NCBI GenBank assembly: GCA_004431415.1
Contig: QPMI01000496.1
Span: 372,001-436,000, forward strand
From: Cyanophora paradoxa CCMP329
Taxonomy: Eukaryota; Plantae; Glaucophyta
DNA length: 64,000 nucleotides
Direction of reading: 5' to 3'
A program made the position numbers and the translations under genes. Below, piece after piece: positions 24,267-37,200 of the stretch. The notes below the pieces were generated by a model. That model saw only the letters and a list, made by a program, of their open reading frames with translations, was not told where the DNA came from and did not search any database. How positions within the stretch are numbered: position 1 is the first letter of the stretch; every line of letters begins with the position of its first letter.

Positions 24267-24951
24267 TGCAGCCTCTTCCTCCTTTCCTCTACCCCCCTCC
24301 TCCCCCTCCTTCCCCGCGGCGCCCGCCCGACGCCCCGATTAGTTCTTTACTGCCCTTTTATCAAACAGACCTTTCCTCAATCGACTTCGCTGTTCGAGAA
24401 CTTGCGTGTATTTAGGTATGCAGTATTCATTGTGTCGCTTAAGCTTCTTTTTAGGAACAAATCTCTGTATGAATATCAAGTGGTCACAATATGTGTCGAA
24501 TTGGCGAATTGTGTAGTAGTGCAGCGGCCCGTTCGCAGCTCGCAAATCCGGCTCATGCAGATCCATTTTATTGCAGAGGCACAGTTCTAGATCCAGACTT
24601 CGAGTGCTGCAGCTGCAGTTTTGAAGCTTAAGAATCGTATTTTACTCGCATTTATATTGGACGCACACTCTAAACTCCGGCTCGTGCTGCAGCTCCCTGC
24701 CGAAGGATCTCAAGGGCTGTAGCTCCTACACTCGCAATGTACACATCTCGAAGTCTGCAGAGAAAGTACAGAAATAGGGGATAGTAACGGGGAACACTGT
24801 ACAGGCGTCGGGGGCCTCGAATTCGACCTGCTATAGCTATACATACAAACAAACGATGCACGCGCACTGGACAGTGAAAAAGTGAGACTGCGCTAAAACT
24901 ACTTGAAAGGCTGAGCGAAGCTTAAAGTTACAGAAGTTGGAGGCCTCAGGC

Positions 24952-26938
24952 CTAGGCCGCGAGGACGCGGCGCCGGACGAAGTCGAAGAGGTGGTCGAGG
25001 GTCTCCGGGGCGCGCTCCTCGTGCGGCAGGTGGCCGCACTCGCGCACCACGCGCAGCTCGGCGCCGGGCACCGAAGCCGCCACGAACTCCGCCCGCTCGG
25101 GGGGCACGATCTTGTCTGAGTCGCCCTGGATGACGAGCGCTGCGGGTACGGCGTTAGGGGCGTGGTGCGGGGGCGAGCTTCGGGCCCCGCGGCGCACTCG
25201 GGACGCCGATGTTGGGGAGGTCGGACTCGACCATCGAGAAGGCTTCCCGCCACTTCGGAGGGCACGCGATTAGCTCCGGGGGTACGCGCGCGGGGAGGTG
25301 CGGGGGCGTAGATGGACCTGGGACGTGTAGAGGGCCTGGAGGCCGCGGTCCCAGTGCTTCGCCTGGAAGGGCCTCATGTACCCCGCTACGACCTGCCGTA
25401 CCCCCCTCCCACGTCAGAAAAAGCACGGCGGTATCGGGGTACGGACTCGCCTCCTCGGTCATGTTCTTGAGGTCGTAGAAATTCCTCTCGCCCACCTCGT
25501 AGATCTACATTTCGTGCGTTGGCCGCAGAATGCGCGCTTTACGTTCGAGTCGCGTACCCGCGCCGGGTCGCCGGAGGAGAGGCCATCGAACTGGTACCGG
25601 ATCATCAGGGTACCCAGGGTCGGCTGCGAGAGAGCCGCGCTGAGGAGCGACCTGACGGCCGCCTCTGCGGACGGACGGCGTGAGGCGAGGGCGGGGCGCG
25701 ACGGGCAGCAAGCGGTTCGAGCGCGCACGGGTCCACTTCTGGGAGGAGGGCGTCCTGGCGGGGAACACGGCGGGGGCGACGAGGGCGAGCCCGGCGAGGC
25801 GGTCGGCGTGGCGCGCGGCGAGGCGGATGGCGAGCGTCCCGCCGGCGCTGTGCCCCACGACGACCGCCTTCTCGAACCCCAGCGAGTCCATGAGCGCCAC
25901 GGCGCAGTCCGCCTGGTAGTCCGTGTCGTAAGGGTTGATCGGCGAGCCCTGCGCAGTCGACGCGCGATCGATGCGACGTCAGCGGCGCGCGCGGCCGGCG
26001 CAAGCTCGAGCGCGAGGGAGCCAGGACGCGGCGCACGCGGGACGGGATGGGCCTCTCGGAGAGCCCGAAGGGCGGCCGGTCGAAGGCGACGACGGGTCCC
26101 AGTTCGCTCAAATCGTCCATGATACACCGCCTGCCTCCAGAGGTCAGCGTGCTTCGCAGCGATCCGTGGCTAGGCGCTAGCAGATGCGGCGAAGAATCCG
26201 GCGCCGGAAATCGGGCCGGGAGCTTCCGAGGGAACGCACCAGCTGAAGACCGATGCTGACAGCCCGTGCATAAGGATGAAAGGCACGGGCTCGCCACTGC
26301 CTCTGTGGTTCTTTTGCTTGTAGTGGATCAAGCTGCCGTTCACCTTGGCGAAAAGGCTGTGGCGGCGACGTACGTGTTTCAGTCGCTTTCAGAAGCGCTT
26401 AAATGAGACGCCTGAAGCTAACAAGACGCTGGCGGACCTGTCCTCGTCGGCGAGCTGGTGGGGGTCGACGGTCCCTGCGCCGCTCTCTCAGCATCGCGGT
26501 GCTCCGCGGCCTGACGCGCGCGAAATGCTCACTTGGCCTCTCAATCAGGACCTTGACGGCCTTGCGTGCCGGCTGGACGGCGGAGATGACGGCGGGGGCG
26601 AGCTCGCCGAGCTGTTCGAAGGTTCTACGGCTGACCCGCCCGCCAGTGGTTGTGACAGCAGCAGTGACGGCCTTCGGTATCGGCAACCTGAAGCGCAGCT
26701 TGGAGCCGCTCCTGGTTTCCGAAGGTGGTTGAACGGCGACTGGCGGACGGAAGACCGGCACGCGCCGCTTGACGCCCGCCCCGCTGCCGCGCCAGGCGGA
26801 GAACGTTGCGCGTTGTAGTGTGCAACCGAGGAAGCTGGAATTCCAAGCGTCCCCGCGCGTACGCCTCACAGGAGAGGCGCATGACGCGCTCGTGCCCGCC
26901 GCTGCGGCGAAGAACGCGGGCCAGGGAGCCTCCACCAT
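24952..26938 (-). CDS. Alpha/beta-fold hydrolase, probably plastid-targeted
   Basis: PHQLADED|SLFAKVNGSLIHYK, FILMHG, VVAFDRPPFGLSERP, nucleophile motif VVVGHSAGG, LVIQGDSDKIVP (acid), CGHLPHEE (His). The N-terminus is rich in Ala/Ser/Arg with an early Phe and SSFLG. Confidence 0.9.
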
Positions 26939-27169
26939 CGGTTGCCCCGTCTACACAGCAGCGTTAACGTTGCTGGTCGTCTGCGGCGCTCCCCCTTCGA
27001 AAATGCGGCGCGAGAATCAAAACTCGTCTAGCCGCCTATAGCCGACAAGCCGTCGCCGGCCGGGTACATCCCCAAATTTTCGGTTCGCGGCAGAACTCGC
27101 CGAGAGCGGCCTCGCGGGCGCTAGGTACAGAGTTTATAGCTATAGACAAGGCGGCCCTAGCGAGCGCAA

Positions 27170-27551
27170 ATGTTCGGCGGGCGCAAGGCGAACTATGAGG
27201 AGGCGCCGGAGGAGTCGACGCTCGACAATCTGAGCAAGAAGCTCGCGTCGGACCTGCGGACCAACATCCGCAAGCTGGCCAATCACCCGTGCATGTCGCG
27301 GGAGTGGCTGGAGATGGCGGACTCGCTGCAAAAGATTAGCAACGTCGCGGCGATGGAGCAGCGCATGCCGAAGCGCGCCGAGGAGAGTACGCTGTGGGAG
27401 CGCGAGGAGCTGACCGTGCGCTTCCTGCTGGAGGAGGGCAAGCTCAACATGTGCCTGCGGGTCCTCAACGAGTTCAAGTCCTCCACGCGCAACGTCGCCA
27501 CCCGCCGGGCCCTCATCGACGTGCGCCGCTGAGCCCGCTTCCTTCGCATCT

Positions 27552-27583
<32 letters not shown>

Positions 27584-28620
27584 TGCCGCCGCCGCCGCCG
27601 ACCCTCGCGCCCGCGCGCCGCCGAGCGCAGAAGGGGTCTCGCGAGCTGAGCGTCCCGGCGGACGAGCTGGAGCGGCGGCTGGAGGCGTTCGAGCAGAACC
27701 TGGGCCTCCTCCTCTCCTGCGCCTTCAAGAGCGTCGAGTCGCTGCAGACGCTCGACACGCCGCTCCTCATCAAGCACTGCGGCGAGGTCTTCTCCTTCGT
27801 CGTCGAGGATTCCGAGGCGCGGCCCGCCGCTCGCCCGCCCGCCGCTCTCCAATCGCCGAGTCGCGCGCGCCGCAGTCGATGCTGGGCAAGACCGGCGTGA
27901 GCCTGGAGCGCTGCCAGGAGACGCTCTGCCTCTCGTACCTGCTCTCAATGGCGCGCAAATTCGAGGCGCTCGCGAACGAGGACCGGATCATGGAGTGCGC
28001 TCCCCGCGCCCAGCCCGCGCCGCGCGCCGCCGCGCTCCCGCCGCCGCCGCCGCCGACGCGCGTGCGCTGCAGCCTCGTGGAGGAGCACAAAGTGCTGCCG
28101 AACCTGACCTCCTTCCTGCACCGCTTCCACGGGCTCTACAAGGCGGCCCTCCCCTCGTTCCTCGTCGACGCCCTCGACTTCCTCACCCTCGCCTGCGACA
28201 CCGAGCACTTCTCCACCCACAAGGCCCGCCCCGCCATCCGATCCGATCGGATTCGATCTTTTCCGGCCCCCGCGGCTGACTGATAAGATTCGATCCGCCC
28301 CGCGCAGTCCAAGCACTTCCCCAAGGACGAGCAGATGAAGCTGGCGTGGGAGCTGCGGGGTGCGCCCCCGCCCGCCCGCCCGCCCCCCTGTTCCTTCCGG
28401 GGGAGCTCGCCTGATGCGCCTCTACTCTACTCCGCCCGGCAGCGGCCTTCATCGACGAGCAGCTGGTGGACCTGGCGGCGCGGAAGCGCTTCCAGCCCCT
28501 CCTCGACACCCTCAACCAGGTGCCCCGCGCCGGCGCCGCGGCCAGCGTGCGTGGAGCACGGCCGCTGATGCGGGGGCCCCGCTCGCGCGCGCGCAGTTCA
28601 AGAACAAGCTCCGGCTGTGA
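27170..28620 (+). CDS. Uncharacterised all-helical protein
   Basis: Long first exon (MFGGRKANY...TLWEREELTVRFLLEEGKLNMCLR), in-frame spliced exons with strong codon bias, stop TGA 28618-28620. Confidence 0.78.
27552..27600 (+). repeat. (GCC)n microsatellite in intron
   Basis: About 16 consecutive gcc units with one gct interruption. Confidence 0.9.
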
Positions 28621-29101
28621 GCTGGCGGCTTGCGCGCGGATCCCGGCCCCGCAGCTGCTTGCATTCCATTTCTGCTGCGACGGTGTTCTGCATTACAGAA
28701 GGCTTCTGTGCAGGGGGGTCTGGCATCGCAGAGGGACGTTGATAGTATCATCATTTGACATTCTTATCGCCTGCTCTAAGGAAAACAGGTTTGGTGCCAA
28801 GAGTATACATGCGTCTAGCGGCAGCCGCCGCGCCCTACGCGTAGAGAGAGCGTCAGGAATCTACCAACGAGACAGGGCTTTAGTGAATAGACGGAGAATT
28901 GCAGAGTGGAATGGAAAGTTCGCGAAACGGAAAGCTCTACAGCTGCCTACCACTGGCCTCTAGCCTATCTAGCCGCCTACCCAGTACCTACCAAGGTCTC
29001 GGAAACAGGAACGACACGCGAGCACTCTACAACAGTCCCGAGACCACACACCCGAGCTGAACAGAGAGGAGAGGAAATGGTACAGAAGGGGTACAGTGCT
29101 T

Positions 29102-30337
29102 CTACAGCTCCACGGGCCAGGCGTGCGCGGCGCGGCGGAGGATCACGAGGAGGACCTCGTGGGGCAGCGAGGCGATGCTGGGGTCGCCGCAGCGCCGGCG
29201 GCGGGAGGAGGCGCAGAGGAGGACGGTGCGGCAGGCGAGGCGCCACTCGCGGTGCGCGCCGGCGTGCAGCACGGCGTCGGCGTCCCAGTTGCGGGTCGTC
29301 CAGGCGGCGTGCGCCCGCTTGGCGAGCGCCTGCGCCTCCTCGGGGGCCGCCGGGGCGGTCAGGAGCGCGTGGGGCGTCTGCGGCGCCGGCGGCGTGAGCG
29401 GGCGGCGGGAGGGTTGAGGGGTACGGGGCTCGACGGGAGGCCCCGCACCTCGCCGGCGGCGTTGGGGATGATGAGGGAGTCGATGGAAGCGGCGAGGAGG
29501 ACGCGGGCGACGTCGAGGCCGCCGTCGGCGGCGCGCCTGCAGGCGAGGTGGACCGGGAGGTTGCCGTCGCGGTCGGGCACGCCGACGCCGGCCGGGTGGA
29601 CCTCCAGGATCGCCCGCGCCACGCGCCGAGCGCACGCCGCGTTCGGGGAGAGCGCGGTGAAGTGCAGGGGGGTACGCCCCGTGCGCTCGTGGACTAGGGA
29701 GACCGCCTCGGGGTACGCCCGCAGGAGGATGCGGACCACGGCCGGGAGCGCCGAGCTCTTGCTCTTCAGGCAGGCAAGCATGAGCGGCACCTGCGGCGGT
29801 CCGGGCTCGAGAACAGGCGCAAGCGCGGCACGGCGAGGATCAGAGCGCACGAATCCGCTGCCGTCGAGGTGCGCGGCGCCCTGTGGCGAAAGTAAGCTCA
29901 AAAGGGGCGGGAGCCGACGCTGGCGAAGTATGACGCACGTCAGGGAAGGCGTCAAGGAGCGCTGAAACCACCTGTGCGGGTCGCGCGGGTCGAGCTCTCG
30001 AAGGCCGGAGGGGAACGCAGGCTTACCATGTCAGCGATGTCGCTGGCCGATTCAGAAGCGTCGTGCAACGCTAGAGATCCGAAGTGGTCGATCTCTTTCG
30101 CCCGCTCTGCACCGTGACTATCAGCATTCAGGACGTCGCCGGCCCGCGGCACGGCTGGCGCCAGGAATCGCACGGCTGGCTTCTAAGATCGCACGAATAG
30201 CGTAGATAAGATATGCTGCTCGGTTCGCACGTACCGGGGTTGTTCTTCAGCAGCGCGTTGATGTAGCACAGCAGGTTCGGCGACGCGTCCCGAGCGACGC
30301 GATGCAGCGGAAAGGGGATGCAGCTTGCCAAGGCCAT
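29102..30337 (-). CDS. Ankyrin-repeat protein with C-terminal F-box-like LPxE motif
   Basis: ANK motifs FPLHRVA, GSLALHDA, VPLMLAC, GRTPLHFTA, DRDGNLPVHLAC, GE|TPHAL; the C-terminus reads IASLPHEVLLVILRRAAHAWPVEL*. Confidence 0.82.
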
Positions 30338-30565
30338 CGCCGCAAGTCCCGCCGCACAAAAGTCCGCCGCAGAAGCTTTGGGAGGGTGGGCAGGGCGAAC
30401 ACGGGCGGACGGCCGAGGGTGAATCCGCCTCGGCACTTCTGGCGGCTTCTGGGATCAACTCCGCGGCGACTCCGCGCGTGCTGCTGCTCCCCGCCGACTT
30501 GTGCTTGTTTGCGCCCGTACCCCTCGAAGAGCAACCGTTGAAAGACTCGGAGCGAAGCTATCAAG

Positions 30566-33527
30566 ATGCCCGCGCCGGCGACGCCCAAGCAGGCGAGAAC
30601 GCCGATACAGCAGCGCAGCAGACCAGCGTCCGAATCGCCGGCCTTCAGGAGCGCTGGCAAGCGCGCCGGCTCCAGCGCCGTCCTCGGCGCTGACGGGAGG
30701 GCTGGCAGCTTCTTTGGCTATCGGCAGCCGGAGCTCGGGACACCGAAGCGTCAGACCGCGCCGAGAACGCCCGCATCGGCCAGGCGGCCGGCGACGTCGC
30801 CGAGCCCGTCGCGCTCCTCGCATCTCGAGTTCCCCGGGCCGCGTATACGTCGCCTTGCGAAGCTCTTTGATGGCTCTGTGTGTCACGAGAGCTCTAGCAA
30901 CGAGATCGCGGTGCTCGGGGCTGCCGGCTCGAAGGTCTGCCAGGTCGAGTGCCGCCCGACAGCGAGCTCGGTCGCCGCCGCCGACGCCTGTGCCTCCGCA
31001 GGTCTCCTACTGCGTGAGCAGAGTCGTTGAAGTTGATGCCGGCGCCGGGGAGCTCTGCGCCGCGATCAAATCTAACGAGGAGAGCGGCTCGTCGCGGGTC
31101 ATGCTGAAGGACACGTGGAAGGCGCGCCCCGCTCCCCGCTCTGGCTCTGGATCGGTGCTGATGCTGAAACTTCTTTTCGCGCAGGCCATCGTCGGCGCTT
31201 GCCCGGCGGAGCCCGCGCAGCGTGACTTCGTGCTGGAGACCTTGTGAGTCCGCGCCGCCGAGCCGCTGAGCTTTGAACTCGAATTCGAATCTTCGGACCC
31301 GAACTCGGTCGCAGCAAGACGCTGGTGGAGAGCGGCGTGCGCTCGTGCCGGAGCGCGACGCACCACGTGCGGGTCCGCGCGATGGCGGGCCCCGCGGGGG
31401 GTGGCCCCGCCCGCCTCGCCCTGCTCCCGCTGGGCGCCAAGGACGACGGGGCCGAGTTCGAGGGCGGCCTCATCGCCGAGAAGTGGCGCCAGTCCGCGTC
31501 CGAGATCTACGACGACCAGGTCCGGTTCCGATCCCCGCGGGGCCCTTTCCTTCCCCTCCGGCCGGCCCCGACGCCGCTCGCCAGCACGCGGCGGCGCGCG
31601 TGAAGGAGCTGCGTCGCGCCCTCCAGCGCTTCCGCGACGAGATGAAGCTCATCGAGGCGAGCCGTACCTCGTCGCCCCGTCCCTGTGACGTGTACCCCGC
31701 CGCTGATCTTCCTCCCCCGTACCCCCAACAGGTCCTGCTCGAGGTCAGCGTGAGCGCGGGGAGCAACACGCGGCACCTCATCTACAGTGCGTATCCCCCT
31801 TCCCCCCCCCCCCCCCCGGAAAAAATTCACGGGGGTGCAGTGATCGACGTGGCGGGGGACGGGACGGTGGCCCTCGCGCCCTCTACCCCCGGCCGCTCCG
31901 CCAGGTGAGCGAGCGGCAGCTGGGGCGGGGGCCCTCTGGCGCCCGCTCAACTGACTGCGCGCGGCAGCGCGCGGCGGTCCTCCCTGCGGTCGCTGCGCCC
32001 CGCGGCGGGCCTCGCGGCGGAGCGCTTCTTCCGCGCCCTCTGCAGCGGCGCGCAGCGCGAGGTCGGCCGCCCTCGCCCAGGAAGCCCCTCGCGGCGCCCT
32101 CCTCCTCCTCGAGCCGCGTACCCCGCAGATGGCGTCGTCGTCGTTCAGCCCGCTGCAGGGCCTGCTCCGCAGCTTCGTGAACACGCTCTCCTCCCGGCCC
32201 CAGCTCGACGTGCTGCTCCTCCTCGGCACCGACCCCGACCTCGACCGGGTACCGCATTCGCTCCGGGAGGGGGGTACGGGGATCGAGCTCGATCTGATCG
32301 GACCGCTCGGCAGGACGTCCTCGGCTGGGTCGGGGCGCCCGCCCCGGGGCCGCGCCCCGCCGCCCCCGCGTCGCCCGTACCCCCCACGCCGTGCTTCGAG
32401 GACGCGGCTTTCGGATGCACCCCCTCCACTTGCCGCAGCGACCTCGTCGAGGCGCCCCAGGTTCGAATCCGCGCGGGTCCCGCTCCGCCCGCGCGGCCGG
32501 CGCCAATCTGCGCGGCGGCAGTCGACGGCGCAGCGGAGCGAGCGGCCGCGGGAGGGCGCCGCGGGAGAGGAGGAGGGGGAGGGGGAGGGGCCCCGCCAGC
32601 AGCTCATGCCCCGCATCACAGAGGAGGCAGCAGGTGCGCGGGGCCGCCCCCGCCCCCCGCCTCCCGACCCCTTCTCTCCCGACGCCGGCGGGCAGACGCG
32701 GAGGCGGCGACGCCGGCGCGGGGACGCGCGTCGAGCGCGCCGCCTCGGACCCCCGAGGCGCCGCCCTCGGAAGGAGAGGAGGAAGAGGAGGAGGCGCGGG
32801 CGGAGGCGGAGGGGGGGACGCCGGCGCGCCCCGCCAAGCGCGCCCGCCGCGGCCGGTGCGCCCCGAGCCCTCCGCCCGCTCGGCTTCCGCGGCGGCCTCT
32901 GATCGCCTCGCCGCATCCGCAGCGGCCTGCCGGACGCCTTGCCGGCCTCCCAGGCGGCCGCGTCGCGGGCCCGCGAGCGGCGCGCCGTGCATCGCTTCGC
33001 CCCGTCCTTCGAGTCGGACCGCCCGCGGCCGGCCTCGCCCGGCCGCAGGCGCAAGGCCCCCGCCTCCCGCCGCGCCGTGCGCCGCCGCGCTCTGAGCCCG
33101 CCCCCTTCGCCCGCCCGCCCGCCCGCCCACGGCCCGCGCGGCGCAGGCGGTCTCGGTGGAGGAGATGAGGGGGGAGCTGCTGGCGTGCGAGGCGGGCGTG
33201 GCGCCGGGCGCGCTGCCGCCGGGCTGGGCGGCCGCGGCCCCCGCCTGGCGCGCCCGCGCGGGGGCGGCCCGCACCGAGGACGGCCTCCTCGCGCTCCTCG
33301 CCGAGCTCGCCCGCGGCGTCGTCGGCCGCCTCGGCCTCAACCCGCGCGCCCTGCGGCCCCTCACGCACCCGCCCCGCGGCGCCGCCGGCCGCGCCCACCG
33401 CGCCCGCGGCGCCGCCCTCCGCGAGGCCTGCGCCCGCCTCCTCGACGCCATATGGATCGCCCTCCCCTCGGCGCCCACCCCGCGCAGGGCCGCCGCCGCG
33501 GCGGCGCCCTCGGAGGAGAGCCCCTGA
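30566..33527 (+). CDS. Large unknown protein; possible degenerate kinesin-motor-like region and C-terminal WHIM3-like helical motif
   Basis: ATG 30566 and spliced exons through TGA 33525-33527. HLIY|.VIDVAGDG and FSPLQGLLRS..LDVLLLLG weakly resemble kinesin switch II (DLAGSE) and SKLTxLL. WAAAAPAWRARAGAARTEDGLLALLAELARGV resembles the W..W..A.S..L.LL.LE pattern. Confidence 0.6.
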
Positions 33528-34285
33528 TTGCGAGCGTCTGGGTTCCACTGTTCCACTGAGTCGCCCATTCCCCTTCCTGTACGTACCTGCATTCAGAGTC
33601 GGACTAGCTCGTGTTTACACGTATCCTTTGATTCCCGGGGTCTTCGCGCCTCGAATTCGTTGGTAGGGTAGGTAGATGTACATTTCAGAACATAGATTTG
33701 CAATTGCAGCGTACGTTGTTTATTATTCGCGGATCGGTGTCCAGTTCGCTGCTCGTGCTATGGGTGTATAGGAATGCCCGAAAACGAGCCTCGGAGCGTA
33801 CAGATCTCCCGTCCCACCCCGAAACTCATGATCGTGATCACTGATCAGGCATATGCATGCCCTTCAAGATCAACCCTCCGAGGCTCCGCTCCACCTCCTA
33901 GGCCCGGCCCACCCCTGAGCTTGACCTCGCACCTCTCCGCGCGCGGTCCGACGGTCCCGCCTCAATCGATATCATATGCATCGCGCTCCAAAGGTCATCT
34001 GCGTCGAGTCTGCGAGGCTCCATCGCGATTTCCCCCCCCCTCCCCCCCCCATCCCCTTGCTCTATAGATACTATATAGCTACCCCCTCCCTTTCTAAAAA
34101 CTAATTATTAAGTGCAGTCGTTCGATCGAATTCTCGATCGAAATCGAAAATCAAAAATCTAAAACCTTCGGCATCGGCAGTTAGACTCGCTCAAGCTCGC
34201 CAGTTAGATCTAGAGCACTGCGCACTGCGGCTGCAGTACGGCAGCCAAGCTTAAGACTTTGCCAGTGTTCTGGTATAATTATATA

Positions 34286-37200
34286 ATGACCAAGAAGACA
34301 CCCAGCAAGGGCGCCGGCGCTGGCGGGCATGAGCCAACGCCGAATCTGAAGCCGATTTCGGCGGCGGATGTGCATGCGGCTGACTTCGCCTCAATTCGCT
34401 CCGTGCTGGATGGTGCGCATTTCTGCCGCGCACGTGCGCATCTTGCCAGCGTTAACGATATCGATGTTCGGCGGCGGCCGTGGCAGCGATGGAGGAAGTC
34501 CGGACTCTGCTCCGCAATGAGCCCCTCAAGCCACCGATGATTGTGGTATGTGCACGTGATCATGTTTGGAGGCTTATATAATTATTCGTTCTGCTGAGTC
34601 GTAATCGTATATATACGTAGGTCGTGGGAGATCAATCGACGGGAAAGACATCAACGCTCGAGCGTCTCTCCGGGGCGGAGCTGCCTCGCGGGGAGGGCAT
34701 AGTGACCCGCTGCCCCCTGGTTTTATCCCTTCGCGGCGTGGCCAAGGGCGCAAAGGAGTATGCCAAGGTTCGCAAATCTCGGTTTTAGCGTCGATTCTGT
34801 ATTCGGATTGATATCTTCAAGGGCTTAAAGGCGTACCATTTCTGACGCAGGTTCTCGTGCCATCGAAAACCGACATCGAGAAGAAGGAAATTGTACTAGA
34901 CGAGATCGATCAGACTGTGCGCGATTTTCAGGACCGCATCGCCGGCGATTCACGCGGCATCTCAAAAACCGAGGTGACTTCGTTGAGCTGCGCGTGCATG
35001 CATGTTATAATTAAAATATATTAAGATATCATCGATAATCATGATCAATTCGGCAAACATATAAATTCATTCAGTCTCTCGCGATTGTACGTCCAACAGA
35101 TTGCACTCTCCATCTTCAAGGAGGGCGCGACGGACCTGACGCTCATCGACCTTCCCGGCCTCGTCCAGCAAGCCGTGGACGGGCAGGAGGCGTCTGTCCC
35201 CGATGACATTCGCGGTGCGCTCGTGCCTTTGATGGCCCTGCGGCAATTATTAATATTAATATTCTTGAATCGCGAATTCTTCTTGTACAGCTATGGTGCG
35301 CACCTACATCAAGGCTCCAGAGGCCGTCATACTCTGCATCCTCCACGCTGGGGTTTGTGCTTGGTTATAATTACTTGATTACTTGTTCTTGGTTAGCTTT
35401 AATTTACCTTTGTAATTACTTACACTTCGAGTTCTCCAAACATGGACCGTGGACAGCTTGACCCTGAAACCAGCGAGGCACTGAGAATTGCCCGCGAATT
35501 CGACCCGGATGGCGAGCGGACAGCTGTTGTTCTGACCAAGGTGATGTGTTTAGTTTTTTTATGCATAATCGGACTTCAACTGATAGTCGGGTCTCACCAT
35601 TAACTGATTGCAATTGAACACTGCAGGTCGACGAGTTCAGTGGCGATCTCGGCAGCAGAGTCAAGCGCATTCTTGAAGGGAGGTCCGTCAGCGTCGGACT
35701 TGGATTGGTGCGCGCGCATTAATATTTCTGGCTATGTGTCCGGCGACTTGATCATGAGTCGATGTTAAATAATCCATGGTGTGAATTCGAATCCAGGTGA
35801 TGCTCCGTAACAGGAAGCAGAGCGAGCTGCAAGAACGAATGACCGCCGAGCAAGCGAACCTTCAGGAGGTCAGGTCGCACGTGCACGTGCATGTGTCTTT
35901 GCAACCTTCACCGTTCTGATGACGGTATATTGCCCGCGGCCGCCTACAGCGCAAGTACTTCGAGAACCGGGAGGACATCCGTGAATACTACGAGTCTTTC
36001 CAGCGCATCTGCGGTGTCGATGCGCTCCGAAACCTTCTCTGCGTCATACAGCACGACCGCATTGCCAAGCTGCTGCCGAAGCTGCAGCACGACGTCATCG
36101 AACGGCTCCACAGCCAGCGAGAAATTCTCGAGTCGATGCCCATATCGGTCGCCGGAAATCATTCTGCAGCTGCAGTCGAGTTTATGCGTCTCGTCTCGAG
36201 TTTCTGGTGAGATCTTCTAAATTATGAGCGCGACAGTTAAATCCGAATTTTCTTAGTTTCAAATCTCAGTTTTTATTTGTCAACTTCCGCATGCGCAGCC
36301 GTACCGTGGAGTCGTTGCTGCAGGGAGGCCTCGATCCAGACCTCCATGACTTCAACGGTTGCGTCATCCGAAGAATTAATTTACATCCGACATGATCACA
36401 TGCTCAAATTTTGATCACATGTGCATGCGTTATCGCAGAAGCGGAACTTCGCGAATTGTATCTTTCTGCACGAATGCTTGAAAGGTGCGTGAAAAATTAT
36501 TATTAAAGGAGCTCGAGACTGATATCGAAAAAAAAGATATTTCCATGCTCATGCAAATTGCAGATTCGAGTCGATGAGCGAACAGATTCGAAGTGCAAAG
36601 TCGGATTTCTTCTCGAAAGAGTTCGAAGCAAAGGTTTTTTATTCTGCAACTTTCACGCCTGATCGATACCGTGTATCTAAATAGTTAACGTTGAGCTGCA
36701 GGTCCAATTCGCTCTTCGGGACAGCCGCGGCGCAAGCCTGCCGAACTTCATATCGATGCCTGCGTTCGTCAAGCTGTTCCGGGCTGAGATCGAGGGATTC
36801 AAGAAGCCAATCTACAAGTGCATTTCATGCCAATAAACGTATCGCAACGACTTGAAAGCTATGACCTTCGCTAATCTGCATTTCTGCGTGCAGCTGCCTC
36901 GCCGACGTGAAGGGCCTGCTTGAGAACGCCCTGCTCAAGATCGCCCACGCCAAGTTCAAGTGCTACCCGGACCTCGAAATGCGCGCAGCGTCGCTCCTGC
37001 AGGTTCAGTTCCAATTGCCAGGCCCCCTCGAACTTGTACAGTGTATGCTTTAATTTTATTAGCGTGATTGTGCGCCCATGGCCAGGCAAAGTTGCACGAC
37101 TGGTCCGCCCAGGCGAAACGAGAGCTGGTCGACCTTCTGCTTCAGGAGGCGAGCAGGAGACAGTTTACGACTGCTTCATGAAATTTTTATATGATTAATT

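Noticed and set aside
32455-32475. GGTTCGAATCC tRNA T-loop/B-box
   Set aside because: No acceptor, D or anticodon arms around it, and it lies within a protein-coding gene.
31507-33592. 515- and 569-aa minus-strand ORFs
   Set aside because: Antisense to the plus-strand gene in very high-GC sequence, with no protein-like features.
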